Below are positions 37,266 to 46,326 of a DNA stretch of 64,000 nucleotides, one piece after another (the first letter of the stretch is position 1; each line of letters begins with the position of its first letter). The notes beneath the pieces were generated by a model that saw nothing but the letters and a program-made list of their open reading frames with translations, ran no database searches and was not told the DNA's origin. A program made the position numbers and the translations under genes. The stretch is from an uncultured Candidatus Brevefilum sp. (GTDB taxonomy: Bacteria > Chloroflexota > Anaerolineae > Anaerolineales > Anaerolineaceae). The stretch is from positions 6,011-70,010 of the forward strand of contig CAYTXE010000001.1 in the NCBI GenBank assembly GCA_964441045.1, in the 5' to 3' direction.

Positions 37266-37608
37266 TTACCTCCTGGCTTTACTGTCTCACTATGGCAAGA
37301 TATAAATCCACACTTCAGCATATTCCACCAAAATCGGAGTGGGGCTTGGTGTGACGGTCGGTGTCTTTGGCGTGGGGGTGAACGTGGGCGTTAATGGTGG
37401 TCTTGTTGTCGTTGCTGTCGGTGAAGCTTCTACAGCAGTACCTTCTTCTGAAGTCTGCTGCTGTCCTGTAATCGTGACCGTGATATGTGCACTCTCGGCA
37501 GTTCCACCGCTCACGCTTACCCCCTTTGAATAGACATTATGTCTCCCGGCTTTAGTACGTGGTAATCTCCCTTTATTGATCGGTTCTTAATAAAAATTTT
37601 TCGTAATA

Positions 37609-38349
37609 TCAGGTCGATCTTGCAACCAGTTCTTTGGTCTCTTCTATCTGTTTCCCATCCAGCACATCAAAGTGATATCCCAGATCCTTTAGCAAGCGAA
37701 TGGTCTCCTGGTGAGCTTCACGGTTATGCGTATCCAAAAATAAGATTGGATGGTATTCAGCAAGCAGATTTCTGGCTCCGCTTAAAGCAATAAATTCAGC
37801 CCCCTCCACATCCACTTTCATGTAATCCGGTGGACGTAATTGACCATCAGACAGCAGCTCATCCAAACACACCATCTGAACCTTGAGTTTTCCGGTATCT
37901 GCCAGGTGACCCATGGCTGTACTGGAACCCAAATCAAAGCTGGCTTCACCGGCATGGTCTGAGACGGCCGCTTCGAACACCTCAATCGTATCCAATTGAT
38001 TTAATTCCACATGCTTGCGCAGAAACATAACGTTGCGCGGCAGGGGTTCAAAGGCGTACACCTTGCCTTCCTCCCCGGCCAGAATCGCAGCCAAAAGGCT
38101 GAAATAGCCCACGTTGGCTCCAATATCATATACAACAGCCCCTGGCGTGATCTCGCGCTCAAAAGCCTTTCGTTTGTTGATTTCATAACTTCCCAGCCAG
38201 TAGCCGTGTTCGCCAGCACCGACGATCCATTTTCTGCCGCGCAGACTGCCTTGCAGGATGGGCAGAACCATCTTTTTAGGGATCAGGCGCAGCGGTAGGC
38301 GTAGAAGCTTACCTAAGAAACTCTGATAGTTGATCTTTGAAAAATTCAT
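37609..38349 (-). CDS. FkbM-family methyltransferase
   Basis: 246 aa with VYDIGANVGYFSL and MVCLDELL...PDYMKVDVEGAE, both typical of FkbM-type methyltransferases. Confidence 0.8.
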   Translation of the reverse strand: MNFSKINYQSFLGKLLRLPLRLIPKKMVLPILQGSLRGRKWIVGAGEHGYWLGSYEINKRKAFEREITPGAVVYDIGANVGYFSLLAAILAGEEGKVYAFEPLPRNVMFLRKHVELNQLDTIEVFEAAVSDHAGEASFDLGSSTAMGHLADTGKLKVQMVCLDELLSDGQLRPPDYMKVDVEGAEFIALSGARNLLAEYHPILFLDTHNREAHQETIRLLKDLGYHFDVLDGKQIEETKELVARST

Positions 38350-38647
38350 ATCAATGGCCTACTCTGCTAATATCTGCGATAGCGCTCCATAATAAATTAG
38401 AAACATCTTTATGCAAATCATTATACTTTGGCGAGTCGGTTTTCGACCAAGGAAAAAACTTCATATTAACTATTGTGGTATCAATCCGACGGGAAGCCCC
38501 ATCCAGACAATTATGAAATATAATGATGCCTGTTGCGTGTTCGTATGAGCACATCGCCATGATTATCGCTCCAGCCCCACTCAACACAGCCCAGCAGTAC
38601 ATCGGTACATTGATTATTGGAAAACCTATGAAGAACTATTTTATAAC

Positions 38648-39742
38648 GTGAAATACCCCCGACGGGTCCTGATTCGCAAGAGCATGACCACGCTGGGCAA
38701 AGTTTTATTAGCCTTACTGGCGAATGTAACGGTCAACGGTCGGGAAAAGCTGCCTAATAAAGGCCCCGTGATCCTGGCTGGAAACCATGTCGCTGTCCTT
38801 GAAGCTGTGATGATGGCGGTCTACTGCCCCGGCGTGGTGGAATTTCTAGGGAATGGGGATATCCCTTTCGACCCCAATTATGCCTTTATTGCCAATAGCT
38901 ATGGCTTTATTCCGATCAACCGAGGAAACCTGGATCGGAAAGGACTTCAAATGGGATTGGAAGTGCTGAATCAAGACAGCATCTTGGGTATCTTTCCAGA
39001 GGGAGGCACATGGTCCCCCGCTCAAATGCAGGCTCAAACAGGTGTTGCATGGTTGAGTTATCGCTCCAAGGCACCAATCATTCCAATAGGTTTCGGCGGC
39101 ATCAAGGGAGGCCTTGAAAAAGCCTTCAAGCTTCAATACCCAAAACTGGATATGAATGTTGGAGAAACCATCCCACCGGTGACATTGGCTGATAACAATC
39201 TATCGATTAAGGCGAACCTTGAGAATGCAGCAAACATGATTATGGAGAATGTTAACGCCTTGGTCCCAGAAGAAGATCTTCACAGGTTTCGGAATCGTAT
39301 AAATGAAACCTATCAACTTGAGACAAAAATCTTCGCAAACAGCACATTAATCCCCCACCCAGAGGATGTGCAGATTAAGCATGGGTCTGCCTATGCACGG
39401 TTTCTGTACAATCCAACCATGATGGATGTCCTGGTGCGTAATCTTCATTTACCAATCCGTCCCCTCAAAGAAATTTATCATGATAACGATCTCGATGCCC
39501 TATTAAACGCCTGGGATTCCATCCTGGATTACCTTGAGGACAATCCAGGGTATTTCATCTATCGATTTGGCGTTGTAGAGGGAGTCGCTGTAAAAGAAGC
39601 CCTGAATGAGCTGTCCCGACTGGGGCGTTGGGTCAAACAATCAGGATATGCTTTAAGCATCAACCCTATTTGCCGTTTTCAAAACGCCAACACTGGGGCA
39701 CATGTCATAGAAAATGGCGGCTGCTTTCCTGAAAGTATGTGA
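38648..39742 (+). CDS. Lysophospholipid (1-acyl-glycerol-3-phosphate) acyltransferase-family protein with a C-terminal extension
   Basis: AGNHVAVLEA (an HX4D-type motif with E in place of D) and FPEGGT. The GTG start at 38648 is uncertain. Confidence 0.65.
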   Translation: MKYPRRVLIRKSMTTLGKVLLALLANVTVNGREKLPNKGPVILAGNHVAVLEAVMMAVYCPGVVEFLGNGDIPFDPNYAFIANSYGFIPINRGNLDRKGLQMGLEVLNQDSILGIFPEGGTWSPAQMQAQTGVAWLSYRSKAPIIPIGFGGIKGGLEKAFKLQYPKLDMNVGETIPPVTLADNNLSIKANLENAANMIMENVNALVPEEDLHRFRNRINETYQLETKIFANSTLIPHPEDVQIKHGSAYARFLYNPTMMDVLVRNLHLPIRPLKEIYHDNDLDALLNAWDSILDYLEDNPGYFIYRFGVVEGVAVKEALNELSRLGRWVKQSGYALSINPICRFQNANTGAHVIENGGCFPESM

Positions 39743-39756
39743 ATTATGAATTCTTT

Positions 39757-41115
39757 TTACTCAATTGACATCACTCGCCCCCAGGCTGGCGGTAAACTCA
39801 ACGTGAGACGATTGTTTTTCAGGTAAAATTTTGTCTCTGCATTCAAGTGATCAATCAAAATTCCCGTTTTCCAGTGTAAATCCAGGGTTAATTCAACTTC
39901 CTCAGTGTCGCTGTTCAAAACAATAAACATTTTTTGGTCTTCAAACTGACGCAAGAAAGCAAACTGCTGGTGGTCCACATGAATCGGCTTATACTCACCT
40001 AGGCTTAGTGCTTTTGATCCCTGTCGCAATGCCACCAAACGCATAATTACTTTTAAAAGCTCAGTCTGTCCTTGGATGTTTATTTGATTGAGATCAAGCT
40101 CTGGTCGCAAATTGCCATCTGACCAGGGACCCTTTTCCCCTTTAATTCCCCATTCGCTGCCATAATAGATCGAGGGGATACCCGGCATGGTGAAAATCAG
40201 CAAGTATAAGGGATAAAGCATGGCTGGGTCACTAAATTTACTGGCGGCCCGGTCAACATCATGATTGTCCACGAAATTATATAAAAATAAATCCTTATAT
40301 ATGCCCTCATACCCGAACTGTCTATTTATCTCATGTGAAATTTCGTAATAGTTCTTTTCCACCAGGCTTGAATACATTCCCTTATAACATTGATAATTTG
40401 TCACCGAATCCAGCGTCTCAGGGTTGACCCAATCGCGATAATTCCCATGAACAACCTCGCCCAACATCCAAAAATCTGGTCGTTTTGACTTTGTAAATTG
40501 CTGCAACCCTCGAAGGAAATCAAAATCGATGCAATCCGCGGCGTCAATCCTCAGCCCATCAATTTTAAATTCCTCTATCCACATCGCAACAGCATCAAAT
40601 AAGTGCTTTCGAACATCTGGATGAGATAAATTTAATTTCACCAATCGATAGTGCCCCTGCCAGCTCTCATAAGTAAAGGGATCACCCATCGAGCTGACAT
40701 CGTTGAATCGCAGGTTGTGAAACCATTCACAATAAGCAGAGTTCTCGCCAAGCTGCTGAACATCTTTAAATGCCCAAAATTCCCGTCCAACATGATTAAA
40801 TACGCCATCCAGCACTAAACGCAGCCCGCGTTGATGAACTTCATCTGAGAAACGTTTGAGGGTATCGTTATCACCCAATCGACGATCAACCTGGTAGTAA
40901 TCAATCGTGTCATAACCATGACTTGAAGACTCAAATACAGGCCCTAGGTATATTGCATTCGCACCCAGGGATTGGATGTGATCCAGCCAGGGGATTAGTT
41001 TCTCGAGGCGGTGAACCACTGGAGAAGCTAAGTTGTTCCATTCTGGGGCACCACACAAACCCAAAGGATAAATGTGATAGAAAATGGACTCTTTTGTCCA
41101 TTGAGGTGTCATCAT
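39757..41115 (-). CDS. Glycoside hydrolase family 13 (alpha-amylase family) enzyme
   Basis: The GH13 conserved regions are present: LVLDGVFNHVG, DGLRIDAADCI, MLGEVVH and FVDNHDVDR. Confidence 0.88.
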   Translation of the reverse strand: MMTPQWTKESIFYHIYPLGLCGAPEWNNLASPVVHRLEKLIPWLDHIQSLGANAIYLGPVFESSSHGYDTIDYYQVDRRLGDNDTLKRFSDEVHQRGLRLVLDGVFNHVGREFWAFKDVQQLGENSAYCEWFHNLRFNDVSSMGDPFTYESWQGHYRLVKLNLSHPDVRKHLFDAVAMWIEEFKIDGLRIDAADCIDFDFLRGLQQFTKSKRPDFWMLGEVVHGNYRDWVNPETLDSVTNYQCYKGMYSSLVEKNYYEISHEINRQFGYEGIYKDLFLYNFVDNHDVDRAASKFSDPAMLYPLYLLIFTMPGIPSIYYGSEWGIKGEKGPWSDGNLRPELDLNQINIQGQTELLKVIMRLVALRQGSKALSLGEYKPIHVDHQQFAFLRQFEDQKMFIVLNSDTEEVELTLDLHWKTGILIDHLNAETKFYLKNNRLTLSLPPAWGRVMSIE

Positions 41116-41136
41116 ATCAAATTCCTTATTATATTA

Positions 41137-41158
41137 GAGTATACCGATTGGTATACTC
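41137..41158. promoter_or_regulatory. Perfect palindrome GAGTATACC-GATT-GGTATACTC (candidate TetR operator upstream of the GH13 gene)
   Basis: Read directly. It lies 22 nt upstream of the GH13 start codon (41115), between the tetR stop and the GH13 start. Confidence 0.55.
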
Positions 41159-41187
41159 TCAGTTCGAACAAAATACTTGTTGGCTCA

Positions 41188-41754
41188 TCAACTAAAGATG
41201 CCGTGCATGAATTGATGGACGATCTGATAGACAACTTCCCCTGTCAAATCCAGCTTGTTATTAAGATTGAGACCAATTACAGCGTTGATCTCACCCAGAA
41301 AGCCAGCAGCATAACGCTGATGTCGTCCACTTAAATTCCCGTGCTCCTCTGATGCTTTAATAAAAACGTTCTCTAAGATTTCTGCTTGCTGCCGCATATA
41401 AGGTTGAATAGCCTGGTTGGCTTCACTCTCAGGAGGTGAAAAAAACAGGGTCACCTGCATACGATAATATCTGCTGGTCTCTTTTGCCACTTGAAAGAAA
41501 GCTCTGGTGATATTCTCCAATGTCAAAACCAGGTCGCCATGATATTTTGCAGACTCTGCTATCACAGCGAGAAGTTTCCCGGCTTCCTGTTTTAACAGCG
41601 CTTCAAGCAAACCACGTTTACTGCCAAAATAATGATAGAGTGTGGGTTTGGTCACCCCTGCAGCTTCTACCACTTCCTGCACACCGACAGCATCATAGCC
41701 ACGCTGGCTGAACAGCGACAGAGCACAATCCAGTAATTGTCCACGATTATCCAT
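41188..41754 (-). CDS. TetR/AcrR-family transcriptional regulator
   Basis: N-terminal HTH: GYDAVGVQEVVEAAGVTKPTLYHYFGSKRGL. Confidence 0.9.
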   Translation of the reverse strand: MDNRGQLLDCALSLFSQRGYDAVGVQEVVEAAGVTKPTLYHYFGSKRGLLEALLKQEAGKLLAVIAESAKYHGDLVLTLENITRAFFQVAKETSRYYRMQVTLFFSPPESEANQAIQPYMRQQAEILENVFIKASEEHGNLSGRHQRYAAGFLGEINAVIGLNLNNKLDLTGEVVYQIVHQFMHGIFS

Positions 41755-41761
41755 AGGAATG

Positions 41762-41783
41762 TATTATACCGAATGGTATACTG
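41762..41783. promoter_or_regulatory. Near-identical palindrome TATACC-GAAT-GGTATA (candidate TetR auto-operator)
   Basis: Core at 41765-41780. It lies about 10 nt upstream of the tetR start codon and has the same half-site, TATACC, as 41137-41158. Confidence 0.55.
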
Positions 41784-41820
41784 TTGTCAAGAAGAGAATA
41801 TCCCCTTTATTTGCTATCAT

Positions 41821-42399
41821 TCAGTTAATAAATACTGCCACATCGTCGACTGGATGACGTGAGCGAGCGTTAGGAGATTGATCCGGGTAACCCAATGAGA
41901 TAGCTGCTATCAGCTGCCCCTTCTCACCAATCCAATCACACAGTTCCTTATACGCAAAAAAGATATCACATATCCACAAGGTTCCCAAGTCAAATTCCAT
42001 TGCAGCCAACAGCATGTTTTGGATGGCTGCGCCAATCGATTGGACATCAACGATATCTGAATATATTTCAAGTACGTCTCGTTTTAAAAGTGGGTGTTTG
42101 CTGGTAGGATTGAAAACGAAAATTGTCACGGGGGCGTTTTCCATTGTTTTTCTGGTGAACTTAGCACTGCCGGTTTTGATGCCATTACCTTCCAACCGTT
42201 GGATCCCCTTCCACATGATATCGACCATCTCCTGTCGTTTCTCACCCTGAACGACATAGAACTTCCAGGGTTGCTTATTTTTGCCTGAAGGAGCCAAAGT
42301 TGCTGCTCGCAATATCTTTTGAAGAATATCTTGCGATACAGGTGTCGGCCTGAATTTACGAATACTCCGACGTGCTTCAATTGCTTTCATCGTTTCCAT
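41821..42399 (-). CDS. Nitroreductase-family protein
   Basis: AIEARRSIRKF and APSGKNKQPW are typical. I prefer the start METMK (ATG 42399, preceded by GGAAAGGA). Confidence 0.85.
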   Translation of the reverse strand: METMKAIEARRSIRKFRPTPVSQDILQKILRAATLAPSGKNKQPWKFYVVQGEKRQEMVDIMWKGIQRLEGNGIKTGSAKFTRKTMENAPVTIFVFNPTSKHPLLKRDVLEIYSDIVDVQSIGAAIQNMLLAAMEFDLGTLWICDIFFAYKELCDWIGEKGQLIAAISLGYPDQSPNARSRHPVDDVAVFIN

Positions 42400-42427
42400 T
42401 GAATGTCCTTTCCTAAAATCTAGGTTT

Positions 42428-42976
42428 TCAGGTAATTTCATTAAACTCTTGACGATAATAGGCTGTTCCAGTTACAGTTTTCATAATTTCTGCATCAAAT
42501 ACCTGGATCATAAAGGCTTCTTCCGGAACATCCTCAAAAGAACAGGTAATATTGTATTGTTTAGCGGGTTTAAAACCAAATTTGGGATAGTATCCTGAAT
42601 GCCCTAAAACAACTACAAATGGATACCCGAGCATTGAGATTCTCTCAATACCTTCCCGACAAAGAGCAGTACCAATCCCGCGACCATGGAATTCAGGCAT
42701 AACAGCCAAAGGGGCAAGTCCCATGCCGGTTAAAGCTCTTTGATCAGGTGTAATGATCTGCACAGGCGTGAAAAGAATGTGACCGATCACTTTGTCTTCC
42801 CTCTTAGCCACCAAGGAAATGAAAATCTGACAGTTATCCCGCAGCTGGTCAATAATTTTCGCTTCTCCCGGGCTATTGAAAGCAGCAAGATTTACTTTTC
42901 GAATTCCTGGGACATCATCAGGCTGCTCTTCAACAATTCGATATAAAAACTGACATGTTTGATCCATGTTGAGCAT
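42428..42976 (-). CDS. GNAT-family N-acetyltransferase
   Basis: 182 aa with the acetyl-CoA motif FHGRGIGTAL. Confidence 0.85.
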   Translation of the reverse strand: MLNMDQTCQFLYRIVEEQPDDVPGIRKVNLAAFNSPGEAKIIDQLRDNCQIFISLVAKREDKVIGHILFTPVQIITPDQRALTGMGLAPLAVMPEFHGRGIGTALCREGIERISMLGYPFVVVLGHSGYYPKFGFKPAKQYNITCSFEDVPEEAFMIQVFDAEIMKTVTGTAYYRQEFNEIT

Positions 42977-43477
42977 TATAATGTTTTACAGCTTCATGGT
43001 GATAAAATTCTTAATTCAGCATTGATCTATATGCATGATGATTGCTGAAAGATTGAGGTAATTAATGTTTTCCACATATTTTATATATAGAATCTTTAAT
43101 TAGTCGTCTTAATAGGGGGTGTGGAAAAGTGGATAATGCTCGATCCAATCAACCCATGTAAGAAAATCCTCGTGTATATGGGGCTTGTTTCTAACAGCCC
43201 CGAATATCTAAGGGATAGCTATAGCTGATTTTCTCCACAGATGAGTGTGTATAAGAAGGGAACAAGTTGAAAAAACGATGTTGTCCTCATGAAAATGAAT
43301 GAAGAGTGCTAATTTTCTCCAGAATCTATCTTCAGGATTATTCGAATGTTTGTGCAAGTTATCCACATTTCGTATAAGTTATCCACAGTTTTTGGGGAGT
43401 TATCCACAGTTTTGTGGAGAAAGTTGATGGGATATGAAAAATATTGAGCAGGAAGAATGAATTTATCTGTGTAGAGA
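42977..43477. other. DnaA-box cluster / candidate replication origin (oriC-like)
   Basis: Perfect TTATCCACA at 43359-43367, 43379-43387 and 43400-43408. One-mismatch boxes at 43068-43076, 43120-43128, 43128-43136, 43231-43239 and 43413-43421. An AT-rich stretch runs 43077-43105. The 501 bp have no convincing ORF. Confidence 0.5.
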
Positions 43478-44491
43478 TTAAATCCCGTAAGCAGTAGACC
43501 ATGATTCAATTACAACTTCAATGGTGTCCAAGTATGCATCTAAAGCCTCTGCCTTATGAGAGGTTTGCATCTCGGTCAGGTTAAGTTTAGACAGGCAGTT
43601 TTCCCAGACTTGAGAATTCTGTGATGATTGTCCGGCTAACAGTTGGATATCAAGCCAGATTCGTAATATTGGCCATAAGGCTTGCTTTGGATCTCCGCTT
43701 TGAATTAAAGCCCGTATGGCATTCATGTAATAAGCCTGGCGACATCTTGAAAGGTGCGGGGGAAGGTTCGAAGTTTCCTGAAGGTTAACATAATCGAGCT
43801 CTAACGAATCCACCCATTCAGACAGGGAGTTTTCAGTTTCTTCCTCAGCAGAAAATCCCAGCAATCCTGTAAAACCGGCCAACAGGTGTGGAACCCCCAG
43901 CGCCTTAACACGCTCATTGAAAGTCAACAGAAATCGACGGGTGGTTAATGGTGAGCCAATCAAACCACAAACAGCATTCGCTGCCATTGCGAGACTCTCC
44001 ATATAACGATTAAGCCATGACAGATGTGTTTCGAAGTTTGATTGTATGAGCTCAAACCATGTCTCGCGTGCAGCATTGGACAGAGCATTCACACGGGCAA
44101 GGATGTTCTCCGGTTTAAGAAAATTAGCGTTGATGCTTGCCTGCAGGAATTCAAGCCAGTGATCCGTGTCAAACAGCAGAATATGATAACGAGTGAGAGG
44201 GTATCCCATCCAAGGATCCTGACGGAGCTGGCGATAATGCTCATAATCCTCCAGTTTTTTATGAACGATATCCAGAGACACTTCTTGAGTTAGCGCTTTG
44301 GTTTCTCTTTCTACGGGTGTTTGGTATTTATGAACCAAAACTATATCGATATCCGTCGTACTGCCTAAGAGAGGTTGGTCACTCAATAGTGATCCAGTCA
44401 GGTAAGCAGCGTGAAGATCCGGTTCATCACGTTGGCGTTGTTTGACAGATTCATTAGCAAATTTATGAAGTAAGTCTTGCGTAAAACGCAT
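43478..44491 (-). CDS. Nucleotidyltransferase-domain protein (Pol-beta superfamily), function unknown
   Basis: The N-terminal LTGSLLSDQPLLGSTTDIDIVLV matches the GS...DxD minimal NTase motif. The remaining ~250 aa are helical with no motif I recognise. Confidence 0.55.
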   Translation of the reverse strand: MRFTQDLLHKFANESVKQRQRDEPDLHAAYLTGSLLSDQPLLGSTTDIDIVLVHKYQTPVERETKALTQEVSLDIVHKKLEDYEHYRQLRQDPWMGYPLTRYHILLFDTDHWLEFLQASINANFLKPENILARVNALSNAARETWFELIQSNFETHLSWLNRYMESLAMAANAVCGLIGSPLTTRRFLLTFNERVKALGVPHLLAGFTGLLGFSAEEETENSLSEWVDSLELDYVNLQETSNLPPHLSRCRQAYYMNAIRALIQSGDPKQALWPILRIWLDIQLLAGQSSQNSQVWENCLSKLNLTEMQTSHKAEALDAYLDTIEVVIESWSTAYGI

Positions 44492-44506
44492 GAGACCTCC
44501 TCTTGA

Positions 44507-45142
44507 TTAGAGTTCGATCGGCAAACTTTCCTGGAACGGCGCTAATTTCATTGCCTGGCGAATACGCTGGTCAACATATTCCAGGTCTTCAGGATTGCGA
44601 ACGAAATCCAATTCGTTTGAATTGATCACGAGGATATTTTTCCCCGGATTGTTGCCAAAATGAGTTTCATAGGTTTGATTAAGAATATTGATATAGTCAA
44701 CATCCATCATCCGTTCATACGGGCGATCGCGTTGAGCAATTCGCTGCATGAGCACTCTTGTGTCTGCGCGCAGATAGACCGTCAGGTCAGGGAAAGTGAT
44801 TTTTTCTGCCAGGGCCGAATGGACTTTGAAATACATATCCAGCTCGTCACCTTCTAAATTGACTTCAGCAAAGAGTCGGTCTTTCTTAAATGTGTAATCA
44901 GAAATTATACAGGAGTTATTTTGAAGCGATTCCTGCATCCCTTTGCGTTGTTGATGATAACGACTAAGCAGGAAGAAAATCTGGGTCTGGAAAGCATAGC
45001 GCTTCCGATCACTGTAAAAATCACTCAGGAATGGGTTCTCTTCAAATATCTCTAAAAGCAGGCCAGCGTCAAATGATGGTTGAAGGAGGCGTGCCAGGGT
45101 TGTTTTTCCCACACCAATCACGCCTTCGATGGCAATGTACAT
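44507..45142 (-). CDS. Deoxynucleoside kinase
   Basis: MYIAIEGVIGVGKTTLA (P-loop) and the LID-like RIAQRDRPYER, with a typical length of ~211 aa. I prefer the start at ATG 45142 over the extended track ORF. Confidence 0.8.
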   Translation of the reverse strand: MYIAIEGVIGVGKTTLARLLQPSFDAGLLLEIFEENPFLSDFYSDRKRYAFQTQIFFLLSRYHQQRKGMQESLQNNSCIISDYTFKKDRLFAEVNLEGDELDMYFKVHSALAEKITFPDLTVYLRADTRVLMQRIAQRDRPYERMMDVDYINILNQTYETHFGNNPGKNILVINSNELDFVRNPEDLEYVDQRIRQAMKLAPFQESLPIEL

Positions 45143-45340
45143 ATCAACTCCTGTTGATGGTATCGAATGATTAAAATATACCATAGGTAAGGCTGCCTTG
45201 AGCGGATGTTTTGATTTTCCCAGCATATGAAGAGTAAGAAGGGGGCAGTATTAATTTTAATCCTGAAACAAGCCTGTTGAATTTTAGCGTTGCACATATT
45301 CCCGGGGAAATGAAGGAGATTGAGGGCCAGGGAGGGTTGG

Positions 45341-45514
45341 ATGAAATTTTGCATCAAGACGTTTCCGACCCGGAAAATCTCCGCATTTTTTGTCTATGAA
45401 AGTACCCCGCCGGACATGCTCAGAAATGAAGCGCAGGCGATTCTGGTGGGCACAATGGCCTCAGAAGGCGTTTTTAAGGCGAAGGAGCTTCTGCTTAGAG
45501 AAATGGGATTATAA
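45341..45514 (+). CDS. Small hypothetical protein (57 aa)
   Basis: The ATG is preceded by GGGAGGG at a 4-5 nt spacing. There is no recognisable motif, so it could be non-coding. Confidence 0.3.
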   Translation: MKFCIKTFPTRKISAFFVYESTPPDMLRNEAQAILVGTMASEGVFKAKELLLREMGL

Positions 45515-45562
45515 TGATTCTAAAGAAGGATTCAAATTCAAGTTATCGAAAGGAGATTACTG

Positions 45563-45976
45563 ATGATGCAATATCTTGTTCATTTCTCACCTTATTTACA
45601 GCAAGATGAGAACTTCTTTTCTTTTGTCGCCTCTCTTTGTGGGGGTGGAATTGGATTGGCGGTTGGCATTGTTATCCTTATCGCCAATTGGAAGATATTT
45701 ACCAAGGCAGGTAAACCGGGTTGGGCTGTGCTTATTCCGATCTATAACGCATATATCCTGTTAGAGATCGTTGGACGAGAATGGTGGTGGTTAATTTTAT
45801 TAGCCATTCCAGGTATTAACCTGATCTTTTTGATCATTCTCTTGTTTGATCTGGCAAAATCATTTGGTAAAGACTCTGCATTTGGTTTTGGCTTGCTGTT
45901 TCTGAGCCCAATTTTCATTGCTATCCTTGGTTTTGGGGATGCGCAGTACGTTGGTCCATCAGCCAGTCAATACTAA
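45563..45976 (+). CDS. DUF5684-family small membrane protein
   Basis: WKIFTKAGKPGWAVLIPIYNAYILLEIVGREWWW is the hallmark of this family. It has three hydrophobic helices. Confidence 0.7.
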   Translation: MMQYLVHFSPYLQQDENFFSFVASLCGGGIGLAVGIVILIANWKIFTKAGKPGWAVLIPIYNAYILLEIVGREWWWLILLAIPGINLIFLIILLFDLAKSFGKDSAFGFGLLFLSPIFIAILGFGDAQYVGPSASQY

Positions 45977-46074
45977 AGACCTCTTTACATCACATCCCTG
46001 ATTCGACATCGTTTCAGGGCATTATCGAAAAATTTTATTTTTAAAACAAATCTCAATGGAGGTTGTTGGGGTGG

Positions 46075-46114
46075 ACGGCCAATGCCGGCAGTGCTTATAA
46101 TGGCCGTTGTTTTC
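46075..46114 (+). terminator. Possible terminator after the DUF5684 gene
   Basis: ACGGCCA (46075-46081) pairs with TGGCCGT (46101-46107), followed by TGTTTT. The 19-nt loop is long. Confidence 0.35.
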
Positions 46115-46326
46115 CCCGTTTCGATAACTAACCCCCCTACTGAGATTTGGAATAGTCTATACGCACAAAGAGCCTGCTACGCTGGAGGTTCTTTTGGAAT
46201 TTGGGGGAGCTATCCCAATGTGCGGATTTGAATGGATAGAATTTGGATCATAAGCATCAAAGTTCAATCGATGAACCATGTTTTAGGGAGTGTCTCCTTG
46301 AGAAATTCATGGCGGAAATCACAGCG

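Noticed and set aside
37290-37514. A 74-aa ORF is rich in Pro/Thr.
   Set aside because: It has no ATG start (its only candidate start is a GTG) and no signal peptide, and it is open further upstream without a start. It is more likely a fragment of a former secreted protein than a gene, and it is reported only within the gene-decay finding.
38351-38602. An 83-aa ORF sits immediately upstream of the FkbM methyltransferase gene.
   Set aside because: It has no recognisable motif or convincing ribosome-binding site. It may be real (1-nt spacing to the next gene), but I cannot support a call.
43309-43509. A 66-aa track ORF overlaps the DnaA-box cluster. I also considered whether the regularly spaced repeats might be a mini-CRISPR.
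   Set aside because: The ORF is low-complexity and is created by the repeated boxes themselves. The repeats are only 9 bp with 11-12-bp spacers, far too short for CRISPR, and they match the DnaA-box consensus exactly.
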